Assembly (NCBI GenBank): GCA_035502055.1
Contig: DATJVB010000019.1
Location: 1-55,704, forward strand
From: Thermoplasmata archaeon
GTDB lineage: Archaea; Thermoplasmatota; Thermoplasmata; Lutacidiplasmatales; UBA184
DNA: 55,704 bases
Direction of reading: 5' to 3'
This document shows positions 40,513 to 49,405 of the stretch, in pieces (positions within the stretch are counted from its first letter, which is position 1; every line of letters starts with the position of its first letter). The position numbers and the translations under genes are program-made. The notes beneath the pieces are model-generated. The model was not told where the DNA came from. It saw only the letters and a list, made by a program, of their open reading frames with translations, and did no database searches.

Positions 40513-41753
40513 GCCGCCTTCCCCTGGACCGAGTCGACGAGCTCCCAGAACGTCGCGTCGGGGATTCCGGGCCGATCGAACCGGTGACGGTACTCGGTCA
40601 GGAACCGGCGGTCGTCCTGCTTCGTCCGTGCCTCCGCGAGCCGCTTCACGCGGTCCAGGAGCGCCGCGGTCTCCGCCTCCGTGAGCGCGACCCCGCGCTC
40701 CTTGAGCTTCTCGACCACGGCGGCCTTCCCCGTATGCTTCCCGAGGACCATCTGGCGGGTCCGGCCGACGCGCTCGGGCTGCAGCGGCTCGTAGGTGAGG
40801 GTGTGGGCGAGGATGCCGTGGGTGTGGATCCCGGCCTCGTGCGAGAACGCGTTGTACCCGACGAGGGCCTTGTTCGCCGCGATGGGGACGCCGCTCAGCT
40901 CTTCGACGAGCCGGGAGAGCCCGTACAGCTTCTCGAGCGCGAGGCCCGTCCGGACCCCGTAGAGCGACTCGACGGCGACGGCCACCTCCTCGAGCGACGC
41001 GTTCCCGGCCCGTTCGCCCAGGCCGTTCACGCAGACGTGCGGCGCGTTGACCCCCTCCTCGAGCGCGGTCAACGTGTTCGCGGTCGCGAGGCCGAAGTCG
41101 TTGTGGCAGTGGACCGACCAGTCGGTGGGGTTGACGCGACGCTTGAACTCCCGAAGGAACCAGCGGAACGTGAGGGGCGTCATGATCCCCACCGTGTCCG
41201 CGACGACCAGCCGGTCCGCCCCCGCTTCCTGGACGGCGTGGTACAGCCGCTCGATGAACGGCCACGGCGCCCGGACGGTGTCCTCCGTCACGAACGCGAC
41301 GTGCAGCCCCGCCTCTTTCGCGCGTCGGACCGACGCGACCGAGGCGGCGACGACCTCGTCCTGGGTCATCCGGAGCTTGTACTGGAGGTGCACGTTGCTC
41401 GCCGCGACGAAGATCGCCGCGTGGGTGACGCCGCTCGCGGCGATCGCGTCGACGTCGGCGAGGACCGTCCGCCCGGCGGCGAGGATCTTCGCCTTCAGGC
41501 CCGCCTCCGCGACCCGGCGGACCGCCGCCGCTTCCTCCGCGCTCACGACGGGGATCCCGGCGTTCAGCACCGAGACGCCGACCGCGTCGAGCGCCTCGGC
41601 GATGCGGAGCTTCTCCTCGGGCGAGAACCGGACCCCCGGCATCTGCTCGCCGTCGCGGAGGGTCTCGTCCCAGAACACGAGGGGGCGCGCGAACGTCCGC
41701 TCCGACGCGGTCGCCTCGTGGTAGTTCTCTACGAGGGCCGGGTCCGTCGACAT
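40509..41753 (-). CDS. 2-isopropylmalate/homocitrate/citramalate synthase-family enzyme (short form without LeuA regulatory domain)
   Basis: ATG 41751-41753 (alternative TTG 41765), 414 aa. Motifs: DETLRDGEQ, HCHNDFGLATANT, GLGERAGNASLEE. Confidence 0.9.
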   Translation of the reverse strand: MSTDPALVENYHEATASERTFARPLVFWDETLRDGEQMPGVRFSPEEKLRIAEALDAVGVSVLNAGIPVVSAEEAAAVRRVAEAGLKAKILAAGRTVLADVDAIAASGVTHAAIFVAASNVHLQYKLRMTQDEVVAASVASVRRAKEAGLHVAFVTEDTVRAPWPFIERLYHAVQEAGADRLVVADTVGIMTPLTFRWFLREFKRRVNPTDWSVHCHNDFGLATANTLTALEEGVNAPHVCVNGLGERAGNASLEEVAVAVESLYGVRTGLALEKLYGLSRLVEELSGVPIAANKALVGYNAFSHEAGIHTHGILAHTLTYEPLQPERVGRTRQMVLGKHTGKAAVVEKLKERGVALTEAETAALLDRVKRLAEARTKQDDRRFLTEYRHRFDRPGIPDATFWELVDSVQGKAA

Positions 41754-41867
41754 CGCGCGGTTCAAGGTCGGACCGGCGACATAAGCTTGACCGGACTCGA
41801 CGAGCCACGTTAGCGTACCGCCGGCCGGCGGGCGCCCGGACGCGACGGCGCGCCGCGCGCGCCCCCA

Positions 41868-41880
41868 CCCTTAAATACGG
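41868..41880 (+). promoter_or_regulatory. TATA-like element (CCCTTAAATACGG) upstream of the 2-oxoacid:ferredoxin oxidoreductase operon
   Basis: AT-rich patch in the 165-nt divergent intergenic region. It is centred about 26 nt before the uORF ATG at 41899. Confidence 0.4.
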
Positions 41881-41930
41881 TCGGCGACTCGAAAATCCAT
41901 GAGGAAGCGAGAGCCTCCTCACGCGATCCG

Positions 41931-43727
41931 ATGACAAGCCCGGCAACAGCGGCCGCCCCGTCGTCCGCGGAGAGCGGCCCCGGCCAGGACCGGCCGGTGA
42001 AGGAGCTCCACGACCTCGCGGTCATGATCGGCGGCCAAGGCGGCGACGGGACGCTCACGGTCTCGGACCTCCTCGGCCGGTACTTCCGGCTCAAGGGGCT
42101 GCACGTCTACACGTCGAGGAACGTGCTGTCCCGGATCCGGGGCGGGCACGCCGACGCGTCGGTCCGGGCCTCCCGGGAGCCGATCGCGGCGATGAAGTCG
42201 CACGTCGAGCTCCTCCTCGCGTTCGACAAGGAGGCGGTCGACGTGGGGCGCGGGGAGCTCGCCGACGACGGCATGGTCCTCTACGATTCGTCGGTGTTCC
42301 AGATCGACCTGCCGAACGCCGTCGGGTTCCCGTTCGCGACGCTCGCGGGCGGGAGCCTCGGCGCGCCGATCTACAAGAACACCGCCGCGTACGGCGCGAT
42401 CTCCGTCATGATGGGGTTCGACGCCGCGACGACCCGGCAGGTCATCGAGTCCCGGTTCAAGCGCCGGAGCCAGGAACTGTACGAGAAGAACGAGCGGGCG
42501 CTCGAGCTCGGTCGCAAGGCGGCGACCGAGTACGGCGCCTCGCGGGCGATCCACCGATGGAACGTGAGCGACGGCGACGCCCACAACCTCGTGCTCACGA
42601 CGGGCAACCAGGCGGTCGCCCTGGGGTTCGTCGTCGGCGGGGGCCGGTTCTTCGCCGGCTACCCGATCACGCCCGCCACGGAGATCATGGAGTACCTGAT
42701 GCGCTACCTTCCGCCGTTCCACGGGGTCGTCCGCCAGGCGGAGGACGAGCTCGCGGCGATCAACATGGTGATCGGCGCATCGTACGCCGGGGTCCGGGCG
42801 ATGACCTCCACGAGCGGGCCGGGGCTTTCCCTCATGACCGAGGGGATCGGCCACGCCGGCGCGGCGGAGATCCCGATCGTCGTCGCCGACTGCCAGCGCG
42901 TGGGGCCGTCGACCGGCGAGCCGACGCGGCACGAGCAGTCGGACGTCGTCCACTTGGCGAACCTCGGCCACGGCGAGTTCCCCCGGTTCATCCTCGCCCC
43001 CGGGACGATCGACGACTGCTTCCACCTCACGGTCCAGGCGCTCAACCTCGCCGAGCGGTGGCGACTCCCCGTCCTCCTGCTCCTCGACCAGGCGCTCTGC
43101 CAGAACACCGTGAGCGCCCCGCCGCTCACCCTCGACGGGGTCCGGGTCGAGCGGCCGAACCTCCTCACGCCGGAGGCGATCGCGCAACTATCGGCGTACA
43201 AGTCCTACCAGCTCGATCCCGAGGGGCGCTCCCCGTACGTCCCGCCCGGCACGCCGGGGGTGCACGCGCAGATCACGGGCAACGAGCACGACGAGTGGGG
43301 CCACGTCTCGGTGAACCCCGTGAACCGCCGCAAGATGATGGAGAAGCGACTCGGGAAGATGGTCTGGGCACGCCCCGAGCTGCCGCCGCCGCGGCTGTAC
43401 GGAGAGCCGTCGGCGCGCACCGGCCTCATCGGCTTCGGGAGCACGTGGGGACCGATCCGCGAGGCGCAGGAGCTGCTCTCGGCCCGGGGGGTCCCGACCC
43501 GGTTCTACCAGGCCCGTACGATCTTCCCCGTGCCGACGGAGACGCTCGGGCCGTTCCTCGAGGGCGTCGACGTCGCCTACGTGATCGAGCACAATTTCAC
43601 GGGCCAGTTCGCGCGCCTCGTCCGGGAGCACCTGCCCCAGCACCACGCGAAGCTCCAGTCGATCACGAAGAGCGACGGCTTCTCGTTCCGCGCGCCGGAG
43701 CTCGCGGCGCAGGTCCGGGGGGGCTGA
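41931..43727 (+). CDS. 2-oxoacid:ferredoxin oxidoreductase, fused gamma/alpha subunit
   Basis: 598 aa. Motifs: IGGQGGDG, GYPITPATEI, EDELAAINMVIGASYAG. In-frame alternative start at GTG 41997. Confidence 0.9.
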   Translation: MTSPATAAAPSSAESGPGQDRPVKELHDLAVMIGGQGGDGTLTVSDLLGRYFRLKGLHVYTSRNVLSRIRGGHADASVRASREPIAAMKSHVELLLAFDKEAVDVGRGELADDGMVLYDSSVFQIDLPNAVGFPFATLAGGSLGAPIYKNTAAYGAISVMMGFDAATTRQVIESRFKRRSQELYEKNERALELGRKAATEYGASRAIHRWNVSDGDAHNLVLTTGNQAVALGFVVGGGRFFAGYPITPATEIMEYLMRYLPPFHGVVRQAEDELAAINMVIGASYAGVRAMTSTSGPGLSLMTEGIGHAGAAEIPIVVADCQRVGPSTGEPTRHEQSDVVHLANLGHGEFPRFILAPGTIDDCFHLTVQALNLAERWRLPVLLLLDQALCQNTVSAPPLTLDGVRVERPNLLTPEAIAQLSAYKSYQLDPEGRSPYVPPGTPGVHAQITGNEHDEWGHVSVNPVNRRKMMEKRLGKMVWARPELPPPRLYGEPSARTGLIGFGSTWGPIREAQELLSARGVPTRFYQARTIFPVPTETLGPFLEGVDVAYVIEHNFTGQFARLVREHLPQHHAKLQSITKSDGFSFRAPELAAQVRGG

Positions 43728-43729
43728 CG

Positions 43730-44599
43730 ATGGAGCTCGCGAAGGCGATCCCGTCGACCTGGTGCCCGGGGTGCGGCGACTTCGGCGTCCTCGCCGCCGT
43801 CAAGAAGGCGGCCGCCGAGGTGAAGGTGCCGCCCCACGAGCTCGTCCTCGTCGGCGGGATCGGCTGCTCCGGGGGGATCCACAATTTCATCGAGGTGAAC
43901 GGGCTCCACGCGCTCCACGGCCGACTCCTGCCGCAGGCCGTCGGCGTGAAGCTCGCGAACCCCCGGCTCACGGTCGTCGCCGCCGGGGGCGACGGCGACG
44001 GGTACGCGATCGGGATGGGGCATTTCATGCACGCGTTCAAGAAGAACGCGTCGATCCTCTACGTCGTCATGAACAACGAGACGTACGGGCTCACGAAGGG
44101 GCAGGCCTCCCCCACGAGTCAGATCGGCTTCGAGGGGAACGTCGAGCATCCGTTCGACGCGATCCTAAGCGCGCTCTCGATCCCGACGCCGGCGTTCATC
44201 GCGCGGACGTTCTCCGGCGACCCCCGCACCATGACCGCGGTCCTGGCGGAGGCGCTCCGGTTCAACCGCGCGGGCCGCGGCTACGCGTTCGTCGAGGACC
44301 TGTCGCCGTGCGTCACCTACAACGACACGTTCAAGGAGTGGCGCGAGAAGATCGTCGACATCGCGAAGCTCCCGGGGTACGATCCCGCGGACCGGAAGGC
44401 GTCGTTCCGGCTCTGCCTCGAGACGATGGAGTCCGGGAAGATCCCGATCGGCGTCATGCACCGGCCGAAGGACGGGGACGCGCACGATCTCGCGCTCGAG
44501 CGCAAGCTGCTCGCCGACGGCGTCGGCCCGGCCGACGCGACCCTCGGCGTCGACGGGAACCGGGCCGCGTACGAGAAGCTCCTCGCGGGCCTCTCGTAG
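43730..44599 (+). CDS. 2-oxoacid:ferredoxin oxidoreductase, beta (TPP-binding) subunit
   Basis: ATG 43730, two nt after the alpha-subunit stop. 289 aa. Motifs: WCPGCGDFG, GGDGDGYAIGMGHF, NNETYGLTKGQ. Confidence 0.9.
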   Translation: MELAKAIPSTWCPGCGDFGVLAAVKKAAAEVKVPPHELVLVGGIGCSGGIHNFIEVNGLHALHGRLLPQAVGVKLANPRLTVVAAGGDGDGYAIGMGHFMHAFKKNASILYVVMNNETYGLTKGQASPTSQIGFEGNVEHPFDAILSALSIPTPAFIARTFSGDPRTMTAVLAEALRFNRAGRGYAFVEDLSPCVTYNDTFKEWREKIVDIAKLPGYDPADRKASFRLCLETMESGKIPIGVMHRPKDGDAHDLALERKLLADGVGPADATLGVDGNRAAYEKLLAGLS

Positions 44600-44620
44600 C
44601 CCGGGGGGCCCCGGGCGGCC

Positions 44621-45973
44621 GTGTGGCTCGGGATCGACGACACCGACAGCCCCGCGGGCGGCTGCACGACGTTCACCCTCCTCTCGGTCCTGGAGGCCGC
44701 CCAGGCGGCCGGGTTCGATCCGATCGGGGACCCCCGGCTCGTCCGGCTCGACCCGAACGTGCCGATGAAGACGCGCGGGAACGCGGCGCTCGCGGCGCGG
44801 TTCGGCCGGGGCCGGGGCCGGCGACGGCGGATCGGCTCGACCCCGACCGGACCGATCTGGTCGTTCCCGCGCGGCGACCCCCTCCCGGCGACGGATCGGG
44901 AGCGACTCGTCGACGTCGCGTGGACGACGGTCCTCCGGACCGCCCGGGTCGGCGATCCGGGGACGGATCCCGTCCTCGTCGCGATGCCCCGGCGCCCTGC
45001 CGGCTCGCTGTACCGGGAGGCCGTCTCCCGGCTCGTCGACACGGTCCCCGTCGTGCGCGAGGTGGAGCGGCTCGGGGGGACGATCCGCCACACCGGCCCC
45101 CTCGGCGGGGCCGTCGGCGCCGCGGCGGCGCTCGCCTGGCCCGGCCGACGGGCGACGTGGGAGCTCATCGCGTACCGGCGTCCGAGCGCCTGGGGGCGGC
45201 CCCGGCGCGTCTCCGCGCGCGCGGTCCGGTCCGCGGAGCGACGGTTCCCGGAATTGTTCGCGTGCTTCGACCCCGACACGCGCCGGCTGCTCGTCGCACC
45301 GCACACCCCGTGCCCGATCCTGTTCGGTCTGCGGGCGACGCGCCCGGGCCGGCTGCCGAAGATCGCGGCGCGCGTCGGCTCGGAGCCTGTCGACCGGTGG
45401 GTCGTCTTCCGGACGAACCAGGGGACCGGGGATCACCTCGTGCCGCGCGCGATCCCGGAGCTCCGGCCGTTCGATGCGGCGCGGCTTCGGGGGCGGATCG
45501 ATGGGACCCCCATCCGCCTGCCGGGCGGGCACGTCCGGTTCCCGCTCCGGGGGCCCGACGGGGCGACCATCGACTGCCTCGCCTTCGAGCCGACGAAGAC
45601 GCTACCCCGGATCGTCTCCACGCTGGTGCGGGGAGACCGCGTCGAACTGTGGGGGGGACGCGGGGCCGACGCGGCGTTTCGGCTCGAAGGGGTCCGCCTC
45701 CTCGCGCTCGCCCCCTCGTCCGGGCCGCCGCGGCCCCCCCGATGCCCGGGGTGCGGCTCGCGGACCCGGTCGCTCGGCCGGGGGCGCGGCTTCCGGTGCG
45801 CCGCGTGCCGGCGGCGGCTGCCGCTCGAGGCGGGCCTCCCCACGCCGCGGGCCCGACCGCCGTCGGGGACCCACCAGCCGACCCTCTCGGCGCGCCGGCA
45901 TCTCGCCCCGGTCGCGCGCGGCCCGGCCCCGACGCACCTTCCCCTCCCCCGAGCCCCGGGTAGGGGAAACTGA
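44621..45973 (+). CDS. tiaS: tRNA(Ile2) 2-agmatinylcytidine synthetase TiaS
   Basis: GTG start, 450 aa. N-terminus MWLGIDDTDSPAGGCTTF, OB-like middle region and C-terminal Zn ribbon CPGCGSRTRSLGRGRGFRCAAC. Confidence 0.85.
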   Translation: MWLGIDDTDSPAGGCTTFTLLSVLEAAQAAGFDPIGDPRLVRLDPNVPMKTRGNAALAARFGRGRGRRRRIGSTPTGPIWSFPRGDPLPATDRERLVDVAWTTVLRTARVGDPGTDPVLVAMPRRPAGSLYREAVSRLVDTVPVVREVERLGGTIRHTGPLGGAVGAAAALAWPGRRATWELIAYRRPSAWGRPRRVSARAVRSAERRFPELFACFDPDTRRLLVAPHTPCPILFGLRATRPGRLPKIAARVGSEPVDRWVVFRTNQGTGDHLVPRAIPELRPFDAARLRGRIDGTPIRLPGGHVRFPLRGPDGATIDCLAFEPTKTLPRIVSTLVRGDRVELWGGRGADAAFRLEGVRLLALAPSSGPPRPPRCPGCGSRTRSLGRGRGFRCAACRRRLPLEAGLPTPRARPPSGTHQPTLSARRHLAPVARGPAPTHLPLPRAPGRGN

Positions 45974-46009
45974 TTAGGCGGTGCGGCGTCGTCCAACGAT
46001 GGGTATCCC

Positions 46010-46945
46010 ATGATCGGCCCCCGCGCCCGGACCGCGATGCTGTTCGCGGCGATCCTCGCCCTGTTCGTCACGGTGGGCGGGATCCTGGGAGCGTTCGTCT
46101 TCGGATCGTTCTGGGGCGGGCTCGCCGTCGCCCTCGGGCTCTCCCTCGTCCTCAATCTGGTCTCGTACTACGGGTGCGACCGGTTCGTCCTCTGGGCGAA
46201 CCGGGCGCAGATCGTCACCGAGGCGGAGGCCCCGCGCCTCGGGCGGATCGTCCGGGAGCTCGCGCCGATGTTCGGCGTCGTCGAGCCCCGCCTCGCGATC
46301 ATCCCGACGCAGACGCCGAACGCCTTCGCGACCGGCCGCGACGAGCGGCACGCCGTCGTGGCCGCGACGGAGGGGATCCTCCGCCGGCTCGACGACCGTC
46401 AGCTGCGCGCCGTGCTCGCCCACGAGCTCGCCCACGTGAAGGACCGGGACGTCCTCGTCATGACGTTCGCGGCGACGCTCGCCGGCGCGATCTCGTACGC
46501 CGCCCAGATGGTCTTCTTCTCCGCGCTGTTCGGCGGGGGAAACCGGAACGGATCGAACGGCCTCGTCGTCCTGTTCGCCGCGATCACCGCGCCGATCGCC
46601 GCCGCGCTCATCCAGCTCGCGATCTCCCGGTCCCGGGAGCTCCGGGCCGACGAGGTCGGCGCCCGGACGATCCGGGACCCGATCGCTCTCGCCGACGCCC
46701 TCGGGACCCTCGAGGCGGCGAACGCCGCGCGCCCGATGGGGTTCGGCTCGCCGGCGTCGTCGAGCCTCTTCATCGTGAACCCGTTCCGCGGGGGATCGTT
46801 CGCCGCCCTCTTCTCGACGCACCCGCCGACCGAGGAGCGGATCCGACGCCTTCGGTCGATGCAGGCCGACTTCGCCTACCGGCCGACGATCGTATCGCCC
46901 GGCGGCGCCCGGTTCGCCGGGCGGCCGGCCCGACCGATCCGCTAG
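46010..46945 (+). CDS. htpX: Zinc metalloprotease HtpX (peptidase M48)
   Basis: 311 aa. TM helices, HELAHVKDRD and a downstream E ligand (SRSRELRADE). Confidence 0.9.
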   Translation: MIGPRARTAMLFAAILALFVTVGGILGAFVFGSFWGGLAVALGLSLVLNLVSYYGCDRFVLWANRAQIVTEAEAPRLGRIVRELAPMFGVVEPRLAIIPTQTPNAFATGRDERHAVVAATEGILRRLDDRQLRAVLAHELAHVKDRDVLVMTFAATLAGAISYAAQMVFFSALFGGGNRNGSNGLVVLFAAITAPIAAALIQLAISRSRELRADEVGARTIRDPIALADALGTLEAANAARPMGFGSPASSSLFIVNPFRGGSFAALFSTHPPTEERIRRLRSMQADFAYRPTIVSPGGARFAGRPARPIR

Positions 46946-46954
46946 CGGAGCGCC

Positions 46955-48055
46955 GTGATCGGTTGTCCGGCGTGCGGGCTCGAGAACGCCGACGACGCGA
47001 CGGCATGCGCCCGCTGCCATCTCGCGGTCGAGCTGTTCGGGGCCGTCCGGGAGGCGACCGCCGACGAGGCGGACCGCGACCCCCGGTTCACCCAGACGAT
47101 CGGCGAGATCCTCTCCCAGCTCGGCGACGACCCGCCGCCCGCTTCCGAGCCCGAGACCGGCCGGGCCGCGCTCCTTTACTCCCACCGGTTCCCCGCGCCT
47201 CCCGCCCCCCGGGGCGACCTCCCCGCGAGCCGGCCGCCGGGGCCGGTGACGGGACTCCCCGCCCTCCCGCCGGCCGGGGACGTCCCGCTCCTCCTCCGCC
47301 AGGTGAACGACTACCTGCAGCTCGCGCGCCGCCAGGGCCTCGAGCTCGCGCCGTTCACCGACCGGGCCCGCGCCGCCGTCGCGAGCCAGGACCGGTCGAC
47401 GCTGGAGGCGCTCTCCCGGGACCTGTTCGTCCACCTCGCCGCGGCGCTGACCGACGTCTACGAGACCGCCGTCGGCCGTCGGAACGACCTCGCGGGACTC
47501 GTCCCGACCGGCTCCGTCGACCTCGAGCTCGAAGGCTGCCGCGCGTCGCTCGCGCTCGGCGATCTCGCGGGCGCCCAGCGCCGGCTCCGGCACGTCGAGG
47601 AGCTCGTCGCCGACCTCGAGGACCGGTGGGCGACCGTCGAGATCCTCGTGACCGAGGCGGACCTGATCGCGGAGACGATCCGCCTCCTGGGCGGCGACCC
47701 GCAGCCGGCCCTCGGCCCCCTCGCCGAGGGGCGCCGGCGCGCGCGCGAAGGCGACCGGGCCGGGGCGGAGCCGGTCCTCGCCCGGGCGACCCTCGCCCTC
47801 TGGACGATCCTCGCGCCGATGTTCCAGCAGGAGCTCACCCGGCTGCGGCCGGCGATCGTCGCCCGCCGGCAGCGCGGCGACGACATGCGGCCCGCGATCG
47901 AGTCGCTCCGCGCCCTCGGCCGCGACCTCCGCCACCGCAACTACGCGAGCGCGGTCCTCGCCTTCCGACGGCTCCGGGAGGCGACCGGCGGCGGCGGGGC
48001 GCTCGACGGGGGCGCCCCCGTCGCCGCCGCGGCGCCGCCGGACGTGGGGACGTAG
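46955..48055 (+). CDS. Zinc-ribbon plus all-helical (TPR-like) protein, hypothetical
   Basis: GTG start 9 nt after the htpX stop, 366 aa. Motif CPACGLENADDATACARCH, then a Pro-rich linker and about 250 aa of helices. Confidence 0.55.
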   Translation: MIGCPACGLENADDATACARCHLAVELFGAVREATADEADRDPRFTQTIGEILSQLGDDPPPASEPETGRAALLYSHRFPAPPAPRGDLPASRPPGPVTGLPALPPAGDVPLLLRQVNDYLQLARRQGLELAPFTDRARAAVASQDRSTLEALSRDLFVHLAAALTDVYETAVGRRNDLAGLVPTGSVDLELEGCRASLALGDLAGAQRRLRHVEELVADLEDRWATVEILVTEADLIAETIRLLGGDPQPALGPLAEGRRRAREGDRAGAEPVLARATLALWTILAPMFQQELTRLRPAIVARRQRGDDMRPAIESLRALGRDLRHRNYASAVLAFRRLREATGGGGALDGGAPVAAAAPPDVGT

Positions 48056-48075
48056 GGCCGGCGGGCCTCGGGCGG

Positions 48076-48085
48076 TTCATTAATC
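48076..48085 (+). promoter_or_regulatory. TATA-like island (TTCATTAATC), leaderless geometry for hisS
   Basis: Centre lies 29 nt upstream of ATG 48110. Confidence 0.4.
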
Positions 48086-48109
48086 CGCCCGCCCGCTCGT
48101 CCTCCGGCG

Positions 48110-49405
48110 ATGCCGTTCGAGGCGCTCCGCGGCTTCCGGGACTACCCCGCCCCCGACGCGGGCGCCCGGTCCGAGCTCCGTCGGCGGATGCGCTCCGTCG
48201 CCCGGCGGTGCGGGTTCGTCGAGGTCGAGACCCCGAGCCTGGAGTCGCTCGAGCTCCTGAAGGCGAAGAGCGGCGACGAGATCGTCCGCCAGCTGTTCGA
48301 GTTCACCGACAAGGGCGGGCGCGCCGTCGCGCTCACCCCCGAGTCGACCCCGTCGGTCGCCCGGATGTTCATCGACCGCGCGAAGGCCGAGCCGATGCCG
48401 GCGAAGTGGTTCACCGTGGCCCGGCTGTGGCGGTACGAGGAGCCCCAGTCGGGCCGGACGCGCGAGTTCTCCCAGTTCAACCTCGACGTGTTCGGCGTCC
48501 CGGGACCGGCCGCGGAGGTGGAGCTGCTCGCGACGGCGTCGCTCCTCCTCGACGAGATCGGCGCGCAGGGGCTCTACGGCTTCCGGATCAACGACCGCGC
48601 CCTCGCCGAGGGGCTCGGCCGGGGGCTCGGCGTCACCGACCCGGCCCGGTACTTCCGCGCCCTCGACCGGTTCGAGAAGGCGCCCCGGGCCGAGTCGGAG
48701 CGCGAGCTCGCCGCCGCCGGCGTCGACCCGGAGGGGATCGACCGGCTCGGAGCGCTCATCGCGGCGGCGTCCGACCCGGCCGGCGACCCGGCGGCGGTCC
48801 TCGAGGCGATCGGCGCCCGGGCCGTCGGGCCGGAGGCGGCGGAGGGCCGCGCCCGGCTCGAGACGATCCTCCGCCTCGCCGGCCGGGCCGGGCTCGGCGA
48901 CCGGCTCCGGCTCGATCCGAGCCTCGTCCGGGGGCTCGCCTACTACACGTCGACGGTGTTCGAGGCGTTCGACCGGGCGGGGGACCTCCGCTCGCTGTTC
49001 GGCGGAGGCCGGTACGACCGGCTCGTCGAGACGCTCGGGGGCCCGCCGACGCCCGCCTGCGGCCTCGCCGTCGGCGACCAGACGCTCGAGCTCCTCCTTC
49101 GGCAGGGGGGGCGGTGGCCGGACGGCGAGCCGCCGCTCGACACGTACGTCGTCGCGGTCACCGAGGCGGAGGCGCCCGAGGCGACGGAATGGGTCCAGCG
49201 GCTCCGGCGCGCCGGCGTGAGCGCCGACGGCGACCTCCTGGGCCGGTCGCTCTCCCGCCAGCTCAAGGAGGCGGCGCGTCGGAAGGCTCGCCGGGCGCTG
49301 ATCCTCGGTCCCCGGGAGCGGGCGAAGGGGACGGTCGTGGAGCGGGACCTGACGACGGGGGCGCAGACGGAGCGGCCGAGCTCGGAGGTGCTACCACCGG
49401 CGTGA
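48110..49405 (+). CDS. hisS: Histidine--tRNA ligase
   Basis: 431 aa. Class II motifs: RGFRDY, LWRYEEPQSGRTREFSQFNLD, GGGRYD, plus an anticodon-binding C-terminus. Confidence 0.9.
   Translation: MPFEALRGFRDYPAPDAGARSELRRRMRSVARRCGFVEVETPSLESLELLKAKSGDEIVRQLFEFTDKGGRAVALTPESTPSVARMFIDRAKAEPMPAKWFTVARLWRYEEPQSGRTREFSQFNLDVFGVPGPAAEVELLATASLLLDEIGAQGLYGFRINDRALAEGLGRGLGVTDPARYFRALDRFEKAPRAESERELAAAGVDPEGIDRLGALIAAASDPAGDPAAVLEAIGARAVGPEAAEGRARLETILRLAGRAGLGDRLRLDPSLVRGLAYYTSTVFEAFDRAGDLRSLFGGGRYDRLVETLGGPPTPACGLAVGDQTLELLLRQGGRWPDGEPPLDTYVVAVTEAEAPEATEWVQRLRRAGVSADGDLLGRSLSRQLKEAARRKARRALILGPRERAKGTVVERDLTTGAQTERPSSEVLPPA

Noticed and set aside
41997-42026. Alternative starts for the oxidoreductase alpha subunit (GTG 41997, ATG 42024)
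   Set aside because: ATG 42024 would leave only one residue before the GGQGGDG strand, which is too short for the fold. GTG 41997 is possible but has no AT-rich island upstream. ATG 41931 fits the promoter at 41868-41880, so it is retained with a caveat.
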